Assembly (NCBI GenBank): GCA_964519595.1
Contig: CAZFJN010000009.1
Span: 1 to 46,621, forward strand
Source of the DNA: an uncultured Rickettsiales bacterium
Lineage (GTDB): Bacteria; Pseudomonadota; Alphaproteobacteria; Rickettsiales; SXRF01
DNA length: 46,621 nt
Direction of reading: 5' to 3'
A program made the translations under genes and the position numbers. Below, piece by piece: positions 36,498 to 45,729 of the stretch; the first letter of the stretch is position 1, and each line of letters starts with the position of its first letter. The notes beneath the pieces are model-generated. The model had not been told where the DNA came from. It searched no databases and saw only the letters and a program-made list of their open reading frames with translations.

Positions 36498-38222
36498 ATG
36501 CAGACTAACACGCGTTTTTTTATCGCACGCTCACGTTATGGGAAACACGCCATACGCCTGCTAACCATGCGCTATATCAAAGGCATTTCCTGGATACATC
36601 CCTTGTATCGCCTACTTAGAATCAAACGCATGTGGTTCGGCGGACACATTAACTGGAATGCTCTACTACACAATAAACCACTGCCTGCGCGACAATCAAA
36701 ATCACCGCGCATTCTGATCGCCACCAGCACCGGCGCGCATCTTGCCGCGTCACGCGTTGAACAAACTCTTGGCGTGGCGCTGCATTTACGTGATGCTAAA
36801 CTATCATTCTTACTCTGTGATGGTTCGCTTCCAGCCTGCATGATGTGTGAGAGTTCCCTGCTATCTGATACGGTAAGTTTTGTTAAATCCGGTCCAAAAG
36901 AATTATTGTGCAATACATGTTTTGCGCCATCCGCCAGCTCCATAGCTCCGCTTGGCCTGCCATTGCATAGTTATAGCGATTGGCTTGATGCAACTACTAA
37001 AACCGCTATTGAATCAAGCGTTGCCAGGATTGGAAAAGATGAGCTGGCAAATTTCACTCAGGACGGAATTCGCCTCGGTGAACATGCCATGGCGGCTTCC
37101 TGCCGTTTCTTTGGCACAAGCGATGTTTTTGTAATGAATAACGGAGAAACTGTACTGCGTCGCTATCTGGTTGCCGCCTGGTTTACTTTGTGTGTATGCC
37201 AGAAATTATTCGCGCAAGAACGTCCGGATATTGTGGTGCTGCATCACGGTATTTATGTGCCGCAAGGAGTTATTGCCGATTACGCAAAACATAATGGCAT
37301 CAGGGTGGTAACATGGCATCCGGCTTACCGCAAAGGCACTTTTATATTCAGCCATGACGATACATACCATCGCACTATGATCAATGAGCCAACTGATTAT
37401 TGGAAAAATATGCCTTGGGATGCACAAAAAGAAGAAAAAATCATGCGCTATCTCGCCTCGCGTCAGACCGGAAGCAGCGACTGGATCTGGTTTCATGAAA
37501 GTCCGCTATTCGATAGCAGCAAAATTAAAAAAGAACTGGCTCTTGATGAAAATAAACCAGTAATAGGCCTGCTTACGAACGTTGTGTGGGACGCGCATTT
37601 GCATTATCCAAACAATGCCTACTCCAGCATGATGGAATGGTTGTTTGATACAATTGACCATTTTAAAACACGCAAAGATGTGCAGTTGGTGATTCGTATT
37701 CATCCGGCAGAGATATATGGCAATGTCCAGTCACGCCAAACTGTAATAGATGAAATATTCAGGCGCTATGAAACGCTACCGCCTTCTATAAAAATTATTC
37801 CGCCACTAAGCGACATTAGTACCTACAGCATTATGGCCTTGTGCGACAGCGTGCTAATTTACAGCACAAAAACCGGCATTGAGCTGGCAACAAACGGGAT
37901 GCAAGTTATAGTCGCCGGAGAAGCATGGATACGCGGCAAAGGCTTTACGGTGGATGCTAATAGCCCGGAAGAGTTTAGAAATATTCTGGCACGCTTACCG
38001 CTTAGAACAAAATTAGACTCAGAAAAAATAACGCTGGCGCGGCGTTATGCTTATCATTTTTTCTTCCGGCGCATGATAGATATTGAACTATTTATTCCAA
38101 CCAAGAGTCAGCCGCCTTTTAATCTTAATATACAATCGCTGGATGATCTACTGACTGGAGAATGTAAAGGTCTTGATGTGGTCTGCAATGGAATTATTAA
38201 TGGAACGCCTTTTATTCAGTAA
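36498..38222 (+). CDS. GT-B-fold capsule-biosynthesis-like glycosyltransferase with Cys-rich N-terminal insert
   Basis: Motifs 'LVIRIHPAE' and 'VLIYSTKTGIELATNGMQVIVAG', plus the Cys cluster 'CDGSLPACMMCE...CNTCF'. I chose the start at ATG 36498; the track ORF starts at a TTG at 36474 inside the transketolase gene. Confidence 0.5.
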   Translation: MQTNTRFFIARSRYGKHAIRLLTMRYIKGISWIHPLYRLLRIKRMWFGGHINWNALLHNKPLPARQSKSPRILIATSTGAHLAASRVEQTLGVALHLRDAKLSFLLCDGSLPACMMCESSLLSDTVSFVKSGPKELLCNTCFAPSASSIAPLGLPLHSYSDWLDATTKTAIESSVARIGKDELANFTQDGIRLGEHAMAASCRFFGTSDVFVMNNGETVLRRYLVAAWFTLCVCQKLFAQERPDIVVLHHGIYVPQGVIADYAKHNGIRVVTWHPAYRKGTFIFSHDDTYHRTMINEPTDYWKNMPWDAQKEEKIMRYLASRQTGSSDWIWFHESPLFDSSKIKKELALDENKPVIGLLTNVVWDAHLHYPNNAYSSMMEWLFDTIDHFKTRKDVQLVIRIHPAEIYGNVQSRQTVIDEIFRRYETLPPSIKIIPPLSDISTYSIMALCDSVLIYSTKTGIELATNGMQVIVAGEAWIRGKGFTVDANSPEEFRNILARLPLRTKLDSEKITLARRYAYHFFFRRMIDIELFIPTKSQPPFNLNIQSLDDLLTGECKGLDVVCNGIINGTPFIQ

Positions 38223-38988
38223 ACATGGCGTCAGAAACATTAGAAATAGTGGCAGTAGAGATTTCCGGAAGCTGCGCTTGTCCTGATGCAATCATATGTT
38301 TGGCCAGCCACCAATCATCCGGCATATTAATATCAAAACCTTCCGCGCCTTCGGTGATAAAAGGAATGACGTTATTTCCGGCAATGGTGCGATATTGCTC
38401 TACCACGCGCGTCCAGGCAATTTCAAGGCTGGCATTTTGCACATAAATTTCCGGCAATGATGCCATCTGACAAGAATGCCACGGAACGCCGTCAATATTT
38501 TTCGGCATTAGCGGCTGCATCCGATTTTGATCAATTATCCACATTTTTCCCGGATGCTGGCTGCATTTTTCTACGGCACGCAATGAATCAGCCTCAGGAT
38601 CATTACTGAACAAATTCCAAGCGCGGCGTATGGTATCTGCACTGCGGAATGGGCTGGTAGGACGCAAGATGCTGAAGCAATCAAAAACCCTGCCGGCTTT
38701 GGCAAGAGTAGATAATGTATATTCAATCCATTCAATATCCGGCGAAGTAGAAGTAGCAAACTGAAGCGGACGCAGATGTGGAACTTCCGCTCCATAATGT
38801 TTTGCGATTTCGGCATAGTAAGCATTGTCAGTAGAAACCATCACCATATCAAACAGCTTGCTCTGAATAGCCGCTGTAATGCTATAAGCAAGCAACGGAT
38901 GACCATGCAGCACGCGGACATTCTTACCGGGAAGACGAACAGAGCCGCCGCGAGCAGGAATCATAGCAATGGTTTTGAGCTTTGACAT
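38212..38988 (-). CDS. CMP-ulosonic acid synthetase (acylneuraminate cytidylyltransferase family)
   Basis: 'IAMIPARGGSVRLPGKNVRVLHGHPLLAYSI'. I placed the start at ATG 38988. Its 3' end overlaps the convergent GT-B gene by 11 nt. Confidence 0.85.
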   Translation of the reverse strand: MSKLKTIAMIPARGGSVRLPGKNVRVLHGHPLLAYSITAAIQSKLFDMVMVSTDNAYYAEIAKHYGAEVPHLRPLQFATSTSPDIEWIEYTLSTLAKAGRVFDCFSILRPTSPFRSADTIRRAWNLFSNDPEADSLRAVEKCSQHPGKMWIIDQNRMQPLMPKNIDGVPWHSCQMASLPEIYVQNASLEIAWTRVVEQYRTIAGNNVIPFITEGAEGFDINMPDDWWLAKHMIASGQAQLPEISTATISNVSDAMFTE

Positions 38989-39060
38989 AGCTGGATAATT
39001 AACGGAAAAAGCGGCAATCAGCAACTTTAAATTGTGCTGTTCTAAATTTTTCTACTTTAA

Positions 39061-39230
39061 ATATACTCATTACACTTCAAGAGTTGGTATTTATTCCAAG
39101 TATTTTTGTTCACTATATCAGATAAAAATCGAAGGAATACTTATTGATATTTCAAGATTTTTATCTGATATAGTGAACAATAAAGACGAGAGCCGAAGAA
39201 ATGCCAACTCTTGAAGTGTAATGAGTATAT
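39061..39230. repeat. 170-bp nested palindrome: perfect 27-bp outer arms (39061-39087 / 39204-39230) and perfect 25-bp inner arms (39106-39130 / 39156-39180)
   Basis: I verified both arm pairs by manual reverse complementation. It sits in the divergent spacer between the cytidylyltransferase and MCP genes. Confidence 0.92.
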
Positions 39231-39338
39231 ATTTCTAATAAAGATTGCAATAATTATACAAATTAGCAATATTTTAATTTAGTTTGTATAAAGGTCAGGT
39301 TAACATCATCAACATCAATAATTTATAGGAAGCAATGT

Positions 39339-41474
39339 ATGCGTAATAATGGACCAGTTAGCGGGCGTGAAGTTCTGATGAAAGATGGCTCAGTCATCGT
39401 ATCAAGCACTGATGAAAAGGGCAAGATACGCTTTGTCAATGAGGATTTTGTACAGATTTCCGGCTTTACGCGTGACGAGCTGATTGGCCAGCCGCATAAT
39501 CTGATTCGCCATTGCGATATGCCGCCGGAAGCTTTTGAGGATATGTGGCGCGATCTGAAAGCCGGAAAATCATGGAGCGGCTATGTAAAAAACCGCATTA
39601 AAAATGGCGATCATTACTGGGTTCAGGCAAATGCGATGCCTTGTCTGGAAAATGGCAACATCACTGGCTATATTTCCATTCGCAGCAAGCCTGATTCGGC
39701 AATTACGCAGGAAGTTGATAAAATATACAAACAGTTTATTGCTGGAAAAGCTGGCTCTGTGCGGATTGAACATGGCAGATTTATTGATCATTCAACCATG
39801 GCGACCGTCAGACGCTGGTTTAAAAAATTTGGCGCGAAAATTACCGCAATGGGCGTAGCATTGTGCGTTCTGGTTGCTGTTGTAAGCGGCGTTGGCATTT
39901 ATTTTAAAAACAAAACAACTCAATCGCTGAAAACAGTTTATGAAGATCGCACAATACCAGCCGGACAGCTGGCAGAAACAGATGCTCTGCTTTACACTAC
40001 CATGCTGAATTTCAGTTTAATAGCTTCCGGAGAAGAAGAATCAGCAAAGCTGATTAAAGAAACAGAAGAAGCAATTGTTGAAATTGACAAAATATGGTCG
40101 GCATACATGGCGACATATCTGACGCCGGAAGAAAAAATTCTCGCTGATCAATATGCCGATCAGAAAAAGAAATATGTTGAATCTGGCGTTATTCCGGCAT
40201 TGGAAATGGCTAAATCCGCGCAGAATTCCGGCCATAATCCGGAGCTGGCAAAATTCCTGCTCGGAGCACACAAGCTGTTTGATGAAACTCAGGGAACTAA
40301 TAAGAAACTTATTCAGCTCCAGCTTGATGTATCAAAAGAAGCTTATGAGCAAGCGCAAAAAGATTCAGTTACAGGGCTAATTACAACTCTCGCAGTAACA
40401 TTGGCGGCGATAGGAATTGCCTTCTTTACTGCCAGCTATATCAGGCGCGCTCTTAATGCCAGAATGGCGGAGATTGATTCAAACCTCAATTCTATTGCCA
40501 GCGGCAAATATGATAACCAGATTGAAGTTGGTGATGATGAATTGCAAAACACGCTTACTTTGGTAAAAGCGCTGCAGGCAAAGCTGGCTTATGGTGAACT
40601 TGAGAAGAAAGAGCTAGAGCAGCAGAAAAAACAGCTACAAGCGCAAATGGCTGCTGATTTTGAGCAAAGTGTAAAATCTATTGTGAATATTTTAGCGGCG
40701 GCGGCAACCGAGCTGTCGCAAACGGCAGAAAGCATGGTAGACAGCGCCAAAGACAGCGCCAATAAAGCTGCAACCGCCAGCGGCGCGGCAGCAAGCACCA
40801 CGGCGAATGTGCAATCTGTGGCAGCGGCATCAGAAGAGCTTTCCGCCACTGTGAAAGAAATTTCCGCACAATTGCAGAAAACCACACATCTGGTTTCTGA
40901 TTCCAGAGAAAAAGCAAAAAATGCTGACGGTGTTGCTAATGTGTTAAATGAAGCAACAAATAAAGTCGCTGCCGCTATGGATATGATTGCGAATATCGCC
41001 GGACAGATTAATCTGCTGGCTTTGAATGCAACCATTGAATCAGCGCGCGCCGGAGATGCTGGAAAAGGATTTGCGGTAGTTGCCAGCGAAGTGAAAAATC
41101 TGGCTAGTCAGGCTGATAAAACTTCCGGAGAAATTCAGCTTATTGTCACAGAAATGCGGCAGGCAGCACAGGCAATTATTGCAGCGTTAACAGAAATTGG
41201 CGGTTCAGTAGGATCAATTTCCGAGGCCGCTTCCAGCGTTGCTTCTGCCGTTGAAGAGCAATCAGCAACAACCGGAGAAATATCCAGAAACATGCAAACC
41301 GCCGCGCAAAGCACGCAATCAATCGCCGATAGCCTTACTGATGTTCAATCATCTTCTTCTCATGCCGGAGCAGCATCGGAACAAATGCTAATGGCGTCCA
41401 GAGAGCTTTCAAAACAAGCTGAGGAATTAAATACACAAGTAGATAATTTCCTGCGCCGTATCAGAGCGGCTTAA
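39339..41474 (+). CDS. Methyl-accepting chemotaxis protein with N-terminal Aer-type PAS domain, periplasmic helical-bundle region, HAMP and signalling domain
   Basis: The PAS motifs '[21 protein letters not shown]' and '[14 protein letters not shown]' closely resemble E. coli Aer. Two TMs (about aa 168-190 and 345-367). The signalling hairpin is '[31 protein letters not shown]'. Confidence 0.92.
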   Translation: MRNNGPVSGREVLMKDGSVIVSSTDEKGKIRFVNEDFVQISGFTRDELIGQPHNLIRHCDMPPEAFEDMWRDLKAGKSWSGYVKNRIKNGDHYWVQANAMPCLENGNITGYISIRSKPDSAITQEVDKIYKQFIAGKAGSVRIEHGRFIDHSTMATVRRWFKKFGAKITAMGVALCVLVAVVSGVGIYFKNKTTQSLKTVYEDRTIPAGQLAETDALLYTTMLNFSLIASGEEESAKLIKETEEAIVEIDKIWSAYMATYLTPEEKILADQYADQKKKYVESGVIPALEMAKSAQNSGHNPELAKFLLGAHKLFDETQGTNKKLIQLQLDVSKEAYEQAQKDSVTGLITTLAVTLAAIGIAFFTASYIRRALNARMAEIDSNLNSIASGKYDNQIEVGDDELQNTLTLVKALQAKLAYGELEKKELEQQKKQLQAQMAADFEQSVKSIVNILAAAATELSQTAESMVDSAKDSANKAATASGAAASTTANVQSVAAASEELSATVKEISAQLQKTTHLVSDSREKAKNADGVANVLNEATNKVAAAMDMIANIAGQINLLALNATIESARAGDAGKGFAVVASEVKNLASQADKTSGEIQLIVTEMRQAAQAIIAALTEIGGSVGSISEAASSVASAVEEQSATTGEISRNMQTAAQSTQSIADSLTDVQSSSSHAGAASEQMLMASRELSKQAEELNTQVDNFLRRIRAA

Positions 41475-41511
41475 TCTGACGATTAAACATATTATGTAAT
41501 CAACAGATTTA

Positions 41512-42327
41512 TCAGATTAAGTAATCTATTGCAGAAATTTCAATTGTAATATTGCCGATTGTCAGTGGGGTGGTGAGGTTTTCCAGCTTTTCGCTATTAA
41601 GCACGGCCAGTGCGGTTTTGCCGCTAACGCTGCGTAGTTCGCCGATTTCTTCTGTTCCAGCGGTTATTATTGAGCCGATTTCCGGCAACGGACAATCTGC
41701 CGCAACACGATATAACGCCTTACGCAGCTTGCCACGGAATTTGCTGCGCGCAGTAACTTCCTGTCCGACATAACAGCCTTTGGAAAAACTGATTGCGGCA
41801 AATTTATCAAGGCCGAATTCCAGCGGCAATGATTTATCAATATGCATATCTTTCGCGCCATCCGGAACGCCAAGCGCAATACGATGCGCTTCGTAATCAG
41901 CACGCTGATAATTTTCCGATGATTTCTGGTAAGAATTATCAGAAGAATTATAAAAGCTGTAAATACGATAGCCAAGCGCGCTCAGGCGCGGATCACGCAG
42001 ATATGGTAAATTGTCGCTGCCGAATAGCGCTTTTACTTCTATATCAGTGGCCTCAATTTTTACCTGAGCGCGCAGCTTATATATATTAAATCTGGCGATT
42101 AAATCTGCTGCTCTGTCTTTATTCACATCAAGCAATATTCTTTGCGAATCGGAAATGAGAAAAAAATCATGCAAAAACTTGCCCTGCGGCGATAAAAGCG
42201 CAGCATACATTATACTGCCTTGCGCCAGAGTGGTTACATCATTAGTTACTAATCCTTGCAGAAAAGAACTAACATCCGCGCCGGACAAAGCGATAATTTT
42301 TCTATCATGGAGAATATCGAAAAACAT
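41512..42327 (-). CDS. ygfZ: Folate-binding Fe-S cluster repair protein YgfZ (COG0354)
   Basis: Signature 'KGCYVGQE' and N-terminal 'LSGADVSSFLQGLVTNDV'. Confidence 0.85.
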   Translation of the reverse strand: MFFDILHDRKIIALSGADVSSFLQGLVTNDVTTLAQGSIMYAALLSPQGKFLHDFFLISDSQRILLDVNKDRAADLIARFNIYKLRAQVKIEATDIEVKALFGSDNLPYLRDPRLSALGYRIYSFYNSSDNSYQKSSENYQRADYEAHRIALGVPDGAKDMHIDKSLPLEFGLDKFAAISFSKGCYVGQEVTARSKFRGKLRKALYRVAADCPLPEIGSIITAGTEEIGELRSVSGKTALAVLNSEKLENLTTPLTIGNITIEISAIDYLI

Positions 42328-42344
42328 CGAAAAACATGTAAGTT

Positions 42345-43175
42345 TTATTGATCAAGTATAAAAACCAGCGAGCAGTTTATTCCGGTTGAATCAATGCGGT
42401 AAGCAGTGCCGTTTTCACAAGTTTGATACGCTGCCGAATCATTATATTGACCGCGTATTTTTCCGGTTGCCGGCAGACCATCATCATTTTTAAGATCAAG
42501 CGTATAAGCCTCCTCGCCGTCTAAAACCGGAATCTGCGATCTGGCACAGCTTAAGTCAAGATCAATATCATCCTGTAGACTGCCGCCTAACCATAAGGAA
42601 TTAACAGTCGGCAAATCGGCAGTACTCATTGGAAAATAAGTGTATGTTCCATTAGCGCCGCCAGTATAAGAGCTGGCGCTATAGCTGTTTGCTTCAAGAT
42701 TCCAGCCAGCGCCTTTCAGCTTGGAGGCAGGAATATTATTGCCCGGCTGAACATCAGTATCACAGGAAGAGGTAAACCTTGTTCCCGGCATATTCTGGCT
42801 GATAAATCCGGAAATACCGAGATGCCGCCAGGCGGTTATATGTTCATAAGTTGCGCCATTTATATAACCGTCACCATTACCATTGCAAGTTTCAGTGCTT
42901 TCTCCAGCTCCAACTCCTCCAGGATCATATGTACAACTACCGCTGACCTCGCCCCAGAGTGCAGTAGCGCCAGCAAAATCTCCCGGCAGAGCGCGATATT
43001 TGCTCATGAAATTACGAACCGCGCCGCTATAAGCCTGATATTCCGACATCACCGCCTGAATCTGCGAAGTGCGAACCATAGATTGCGAAACCACCACTCC
43101 GGCAGCGATCAAAGACACTACCAGCACAACAACAACAACCTCTATCAATGAGAAACCAGCTTTATTTTTCATCAT
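42345..43175 (-). CDS. Prepilin-type N-terminal cleavage/methylation domain protein (pilin/pseudopilin-like)
   Basis: Leader 'MMKNKAG|FSLIEVVVVVLVVSLIAAG'. The Cys-rich C-terminal domain is paralogous to the next gene. Confidence 0.7.
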   Translation of the reverse strand: MMKNKAGFSLIEVVVVVLVVSLIAAGVVVSQSMVRTSQIQAVMSEYQAYSGAVRNFMSKYRALPGDFAGATALWGEVSGSCTYDPGGVGAGESTETCNGNGDGYINGATYEHITAWRHLGISGFISQNMPGTRFTSSCDTDVQPGNNIPASKLKGAGWNLEANSYSASSYTGGANGTYTYFPMSTADLPTVNSLWLGGSLQDDIDLDLSCARSQIPVLDGEEAYTLDLKNDDGLPATGKIRGQYNDSAAYQTCENGTAYRIDSTGINCSLVFILDQ

Positions 43176-43198
43176 TACTCTCAAAAATTACTCAAAAA

Positions 43199-43999
43199 TT
43201 ACATTCCCATTAGAAACATCAATTGGCAAGCTTGTGTTTCTGATGTCAATAGATAATCGGATGTTACAGCGTTTGATACAGCGCACGTTGTCGCTGTATT
43301 TCTTTTCACTCTGGTTGAGCCGCGGAAAGGCATTCCGTCATCAGTTTTTATATCAATATCCTTGGCACTTATCGGCGATATTATCGCCGTGTCAGTGAAA
43401 TAACTGGCAGTTGCCGCGCCATATACTAATACGTGCGAGGAGATTGGAGATGTTGCATAAGAAAAATTATTGTCCGTATTGCTTACCATCCACAGCAAAG
43501 TCCAGCCGCCTTTGCCGCTTTTGGAAGCTGGAACATTTGTGCCGATTACTGCATCAGAAGCTCCACCACCTCCTGCTGTTCCGCTATACTGACCATCAAT
43601 AAGTCCGGCATTAGCCAGATGTTGCCAAGCTCCGAACCATTCACTCTGACTGCCTACTGCTGCATTTGTCCAACTGCCAATCATGCCATTTCCGCCGCCA
43701 TTAGAAACGCCTGACCATATAGAGGTGGCATTATTCATATCTCCAGGAATAGCCTGATATTTATCAACGAATTCCTTGTAAGCGCCAATGAAGCTGCTGC
43801 GTTCGCTGATGATGGTTCGTAATTCGGCGGTTTGTATCATATCGCGGCTGATCAAAACGCCGGAAATAAGCAGGCCGATAATGATCATCACAATTGAAAT
43901 CTCAGCAAGGGTAAAGCCGCTGCGCCTGCCTGCGCCAGCGCCGCTATCTTTAAATCCTGATTCTAAACAATTAAATGATCGCAACATAAAAACCTGCAT
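43199..43999 (-). CDS. Prepilin-type N-terminal cleavage/methylation domain protein (paralog)
   Basis: 'RRSG|FTLAEISIVMIIIGLLISG'. Blocks shared with 42345-43175: 'KY.A.PGD', 'AW.HL', 'N.PASK..G.GW'. Confidence 0.7.
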   Translation of the reverse strand: MQVFMLRSFNCLESGFKDSGAGAGRRSGFTLAEISIVMIIIGLLISGVLISRDMIQTAELRTIISERSSFIGAYKEFVDKYQAIPGDMNNATSIWSGVSNGGGNGMIGSWTNAAVGSQSEWFGAWQHLANAGLIDGQYSGTAGGGGASDAVIGTNVPASKSGKGGWTLLWMVSNTDNNFSYATSPISSHVLVYGAATASYFTDTAIISPISAKDIDIKTDDGMPFRGSTRVKRNTATTCAVSNAVTSDYLLTSETQACQLMFLMGM

Positions 44000-44127
44000 T
44001 GCTTTTTTTAGAACATATTACAAATATTACAGATAATATAGTGAACGAATGATGAATTTGCTGGAAATTGTAGTAATTTTTTGCTATAATGATGCTGCTT
44101 TTGTAAGAAATATTGAATAATATCAAG

Positions 44128-44207
44128 TATTTATCTTGTATTTTATCTGTTATTTTTATTTTGTTTTATCTTATTTTATCTGTTTTATTTTATCTATTCC
44201 GTATCTG
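44128..44207. repeat. Degenerate tandem array of the ttttatct motif (6 or more copies)
   Basis: Read directly in the spacer upstream of the 61-aa ORF. Confidence 0.7.
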
Positions 44208-44291
44208 CCCTGCTGCTGAAGCTGAGAATATATCCAGCGCCGCAGTATAATGCAGCATGATAATGCAGGAAACGCCTAACGAGGTTGCGCC

Positions 44292-44477
44292 ATGAACGAA
44301 GAACTGATGCTTGAGAAAAAACTTGATTTTCTGCGCCGCAAGAAAAAAGAACTGGAAGCTATGTTAAGTGGAGTTATTGATGACTTCACGCGAATGCGCT
44401 TAAAAAAAGAAAAACTCTCACTGAATGATCAGATTTTTCAGATCGAGAAGCTTGTCTATCCTGATGTTATAGCATAA
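44292..44477 (+). CDS. Small coiled-coil protein, DUF465/YdcH-like
   Basis: 61 aa. 'RMRLKKEKLSLNDQIFQIE' resembles the DUF465 C-terminal motif. An RBS gagg lies upstream. Confidence 0.5.
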   Translation: MNEELMLEKKLDFLRRKKKELEAMLSGVIDDFTRMRLKKEKLSLNDQIFQIEKLVYPDVIA

Positions 44478-44514
44478 TGCATGACAAGGCTGAACGTCCC
44501 TATTTGTTAGTAAA

Positions 44515-45729
44515 TTGTCCTTTTTCACCATAAAAATTGACCGAATTGGCGGTCTTGGCGACGGCTACGGCGAATTTGCCGGAGAGAAAATTTTTGTTGC
44601 CAAATCATGCGCTGGCGATGTTCTGAAAGTTAAAGAAATAAGCCGCAGGAAAGATTCCGCGCGCGCGGAAATAGTTGAAATTATCAGCGGCGGAGAAGAT
44701 CGAATAAAAGCCCCCTGCCCGCATTATTCCGAATGTGGCGGTTGCGCTTTGCAACATATTACGCCAGCTGCTTATCAGCAATTCAAACGCGAAGTTGTAA
44801 GCTCGGCGCTCGGCTATGCCGGATTTTCCGAAATAACTCCGCTGTTTCATTTCCTGCCGGCAAATGTCCGCCGCCGTGTTGATTTTAAAGTCGCCGCTGG
44901 CAAGCTGGCTTATGTCGCCGCCAAATCACATGACAAGGTTGCGATAAATTCCTGCCTGATTCTGCTGCCGGAACTGGCAGAGCTGATCGCGCCGATTAAT
45001 AAAATGCTGCCGGATTTTCCCAATATCTCAGCATTGTCAATGACCAGAGCCGATAGCGGTATTGATATTTTGCTGCAATTGACCAGCTCGGAAGGCGGTT
45101 TGTCGAGCTATAAGGCTTTTGCGGAATCTTTGCCAATCGCCAGACTTTCCGCGCAATTTCCGGGAAAATCCATGCAAATGCTTGCTCAGAAAGATATGGT
45201 GCTGATGAAAATCGCTGAGCATGATGTTCCGATTCCGGCCGACAGCTTCCTGCAAGCATCTGCGGCGGCGCAGAAAATTATAACGGAAATTGTGCTAAAG
45301 GCCACCAGCGGCGCTTCGCCAATTGCCGATTTATTTTGCGGAATCGGCACCTACAGCTTCGCGATAAGCGCAAAAGCCAGAGTTCATGCGGTTGATAATA
45401 ACGGCGCGATGATTGACCATATACGCGGCATTTCGCCAAAAGTAAGCGTGCAGAAACGTGATTTATTCCTGAGTCCGCTGAGCAGCGCCGAGCTTGGAAA
45501 ATTCAAAGCGGCAGTTATAAACCCACCACGCATGGGCGCAGAGGCGCAGATAAAACAGCTGGCTGCCAGCTCAATTCCCAAAATCACCATGATCTCCTGC
45601 AACCACGCCACCTGGTCACGCGATGCAAAAACTCTGAAAAATGCAGGCTATCGCTTAGTCTCTCTTGATGTAATAGATCAATTCGTCTATAGCCCTCATG
45701 TTGAACTGGTTAGCGTATTTTTAAAATGA
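44515..45729 (+). CDS. RNA (uracil-5-)-methyltransferase, RlmD/TrmA family with TRAM-like N-terminus and Fe-S Cys motif
   Basis: Motifs '[14 protein letters not shown]', '[10 protein letters not shown]', 'VINPPRMG' and 'ISCNHATW'. It has a TTG start and a 4-nt overlap with lepA. Confidence 0.8.
   Translation: MSFFTIKIDRIGGLGDGYGEFAGEKIFVAKSCAGDVLKVKEISRRKDSARAEIVEIISGGEDRIKAPCPHYSECGGCALQHITPAAYQQFKREVVSSALGYAGFSEITPLFHFLPANVRRRVDFKVAAGKLAYVAAKSHDKVAINSCLILLPELAELIAPINKMLPDFPNISALSMTRADSGIDILLQLTSSEGGLSSYKAFAESLPIARLSAQFPGKSMQMLAQKDMVLMKIAEHDVPIPADSFLQASAAAQKIITEIVLKATSGASPIADLFCGIGTYSFAISAKARVHAVDNNGAMIDHIRGISPKVSVQKRDLFLSPLSSAELGKFKAAVINPPRMGAEAQIKQLAASSIPKITMISCNHATWSRDAKTLKNAGYRLVSLDVIDQFVYSPHVELVSVFLK

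Noticed and set aside
41471-41520. Inverted repeat ttaatctga ... tcagattaa between the convergent MCP and ygfZ genes as a terminator
   Set aside because: The arms are only 9 bp, are separated by a 32-nt AT-rich loop and have no U-tract. That is too weak to call.
42345-43999. Type II secretion or type IV pilus operon
   Set aside because: Only two pilin-like genes are present. No ATPase, platform, secretin or peptidase genes are adjacent, so I am not calling a secretion system from this window.
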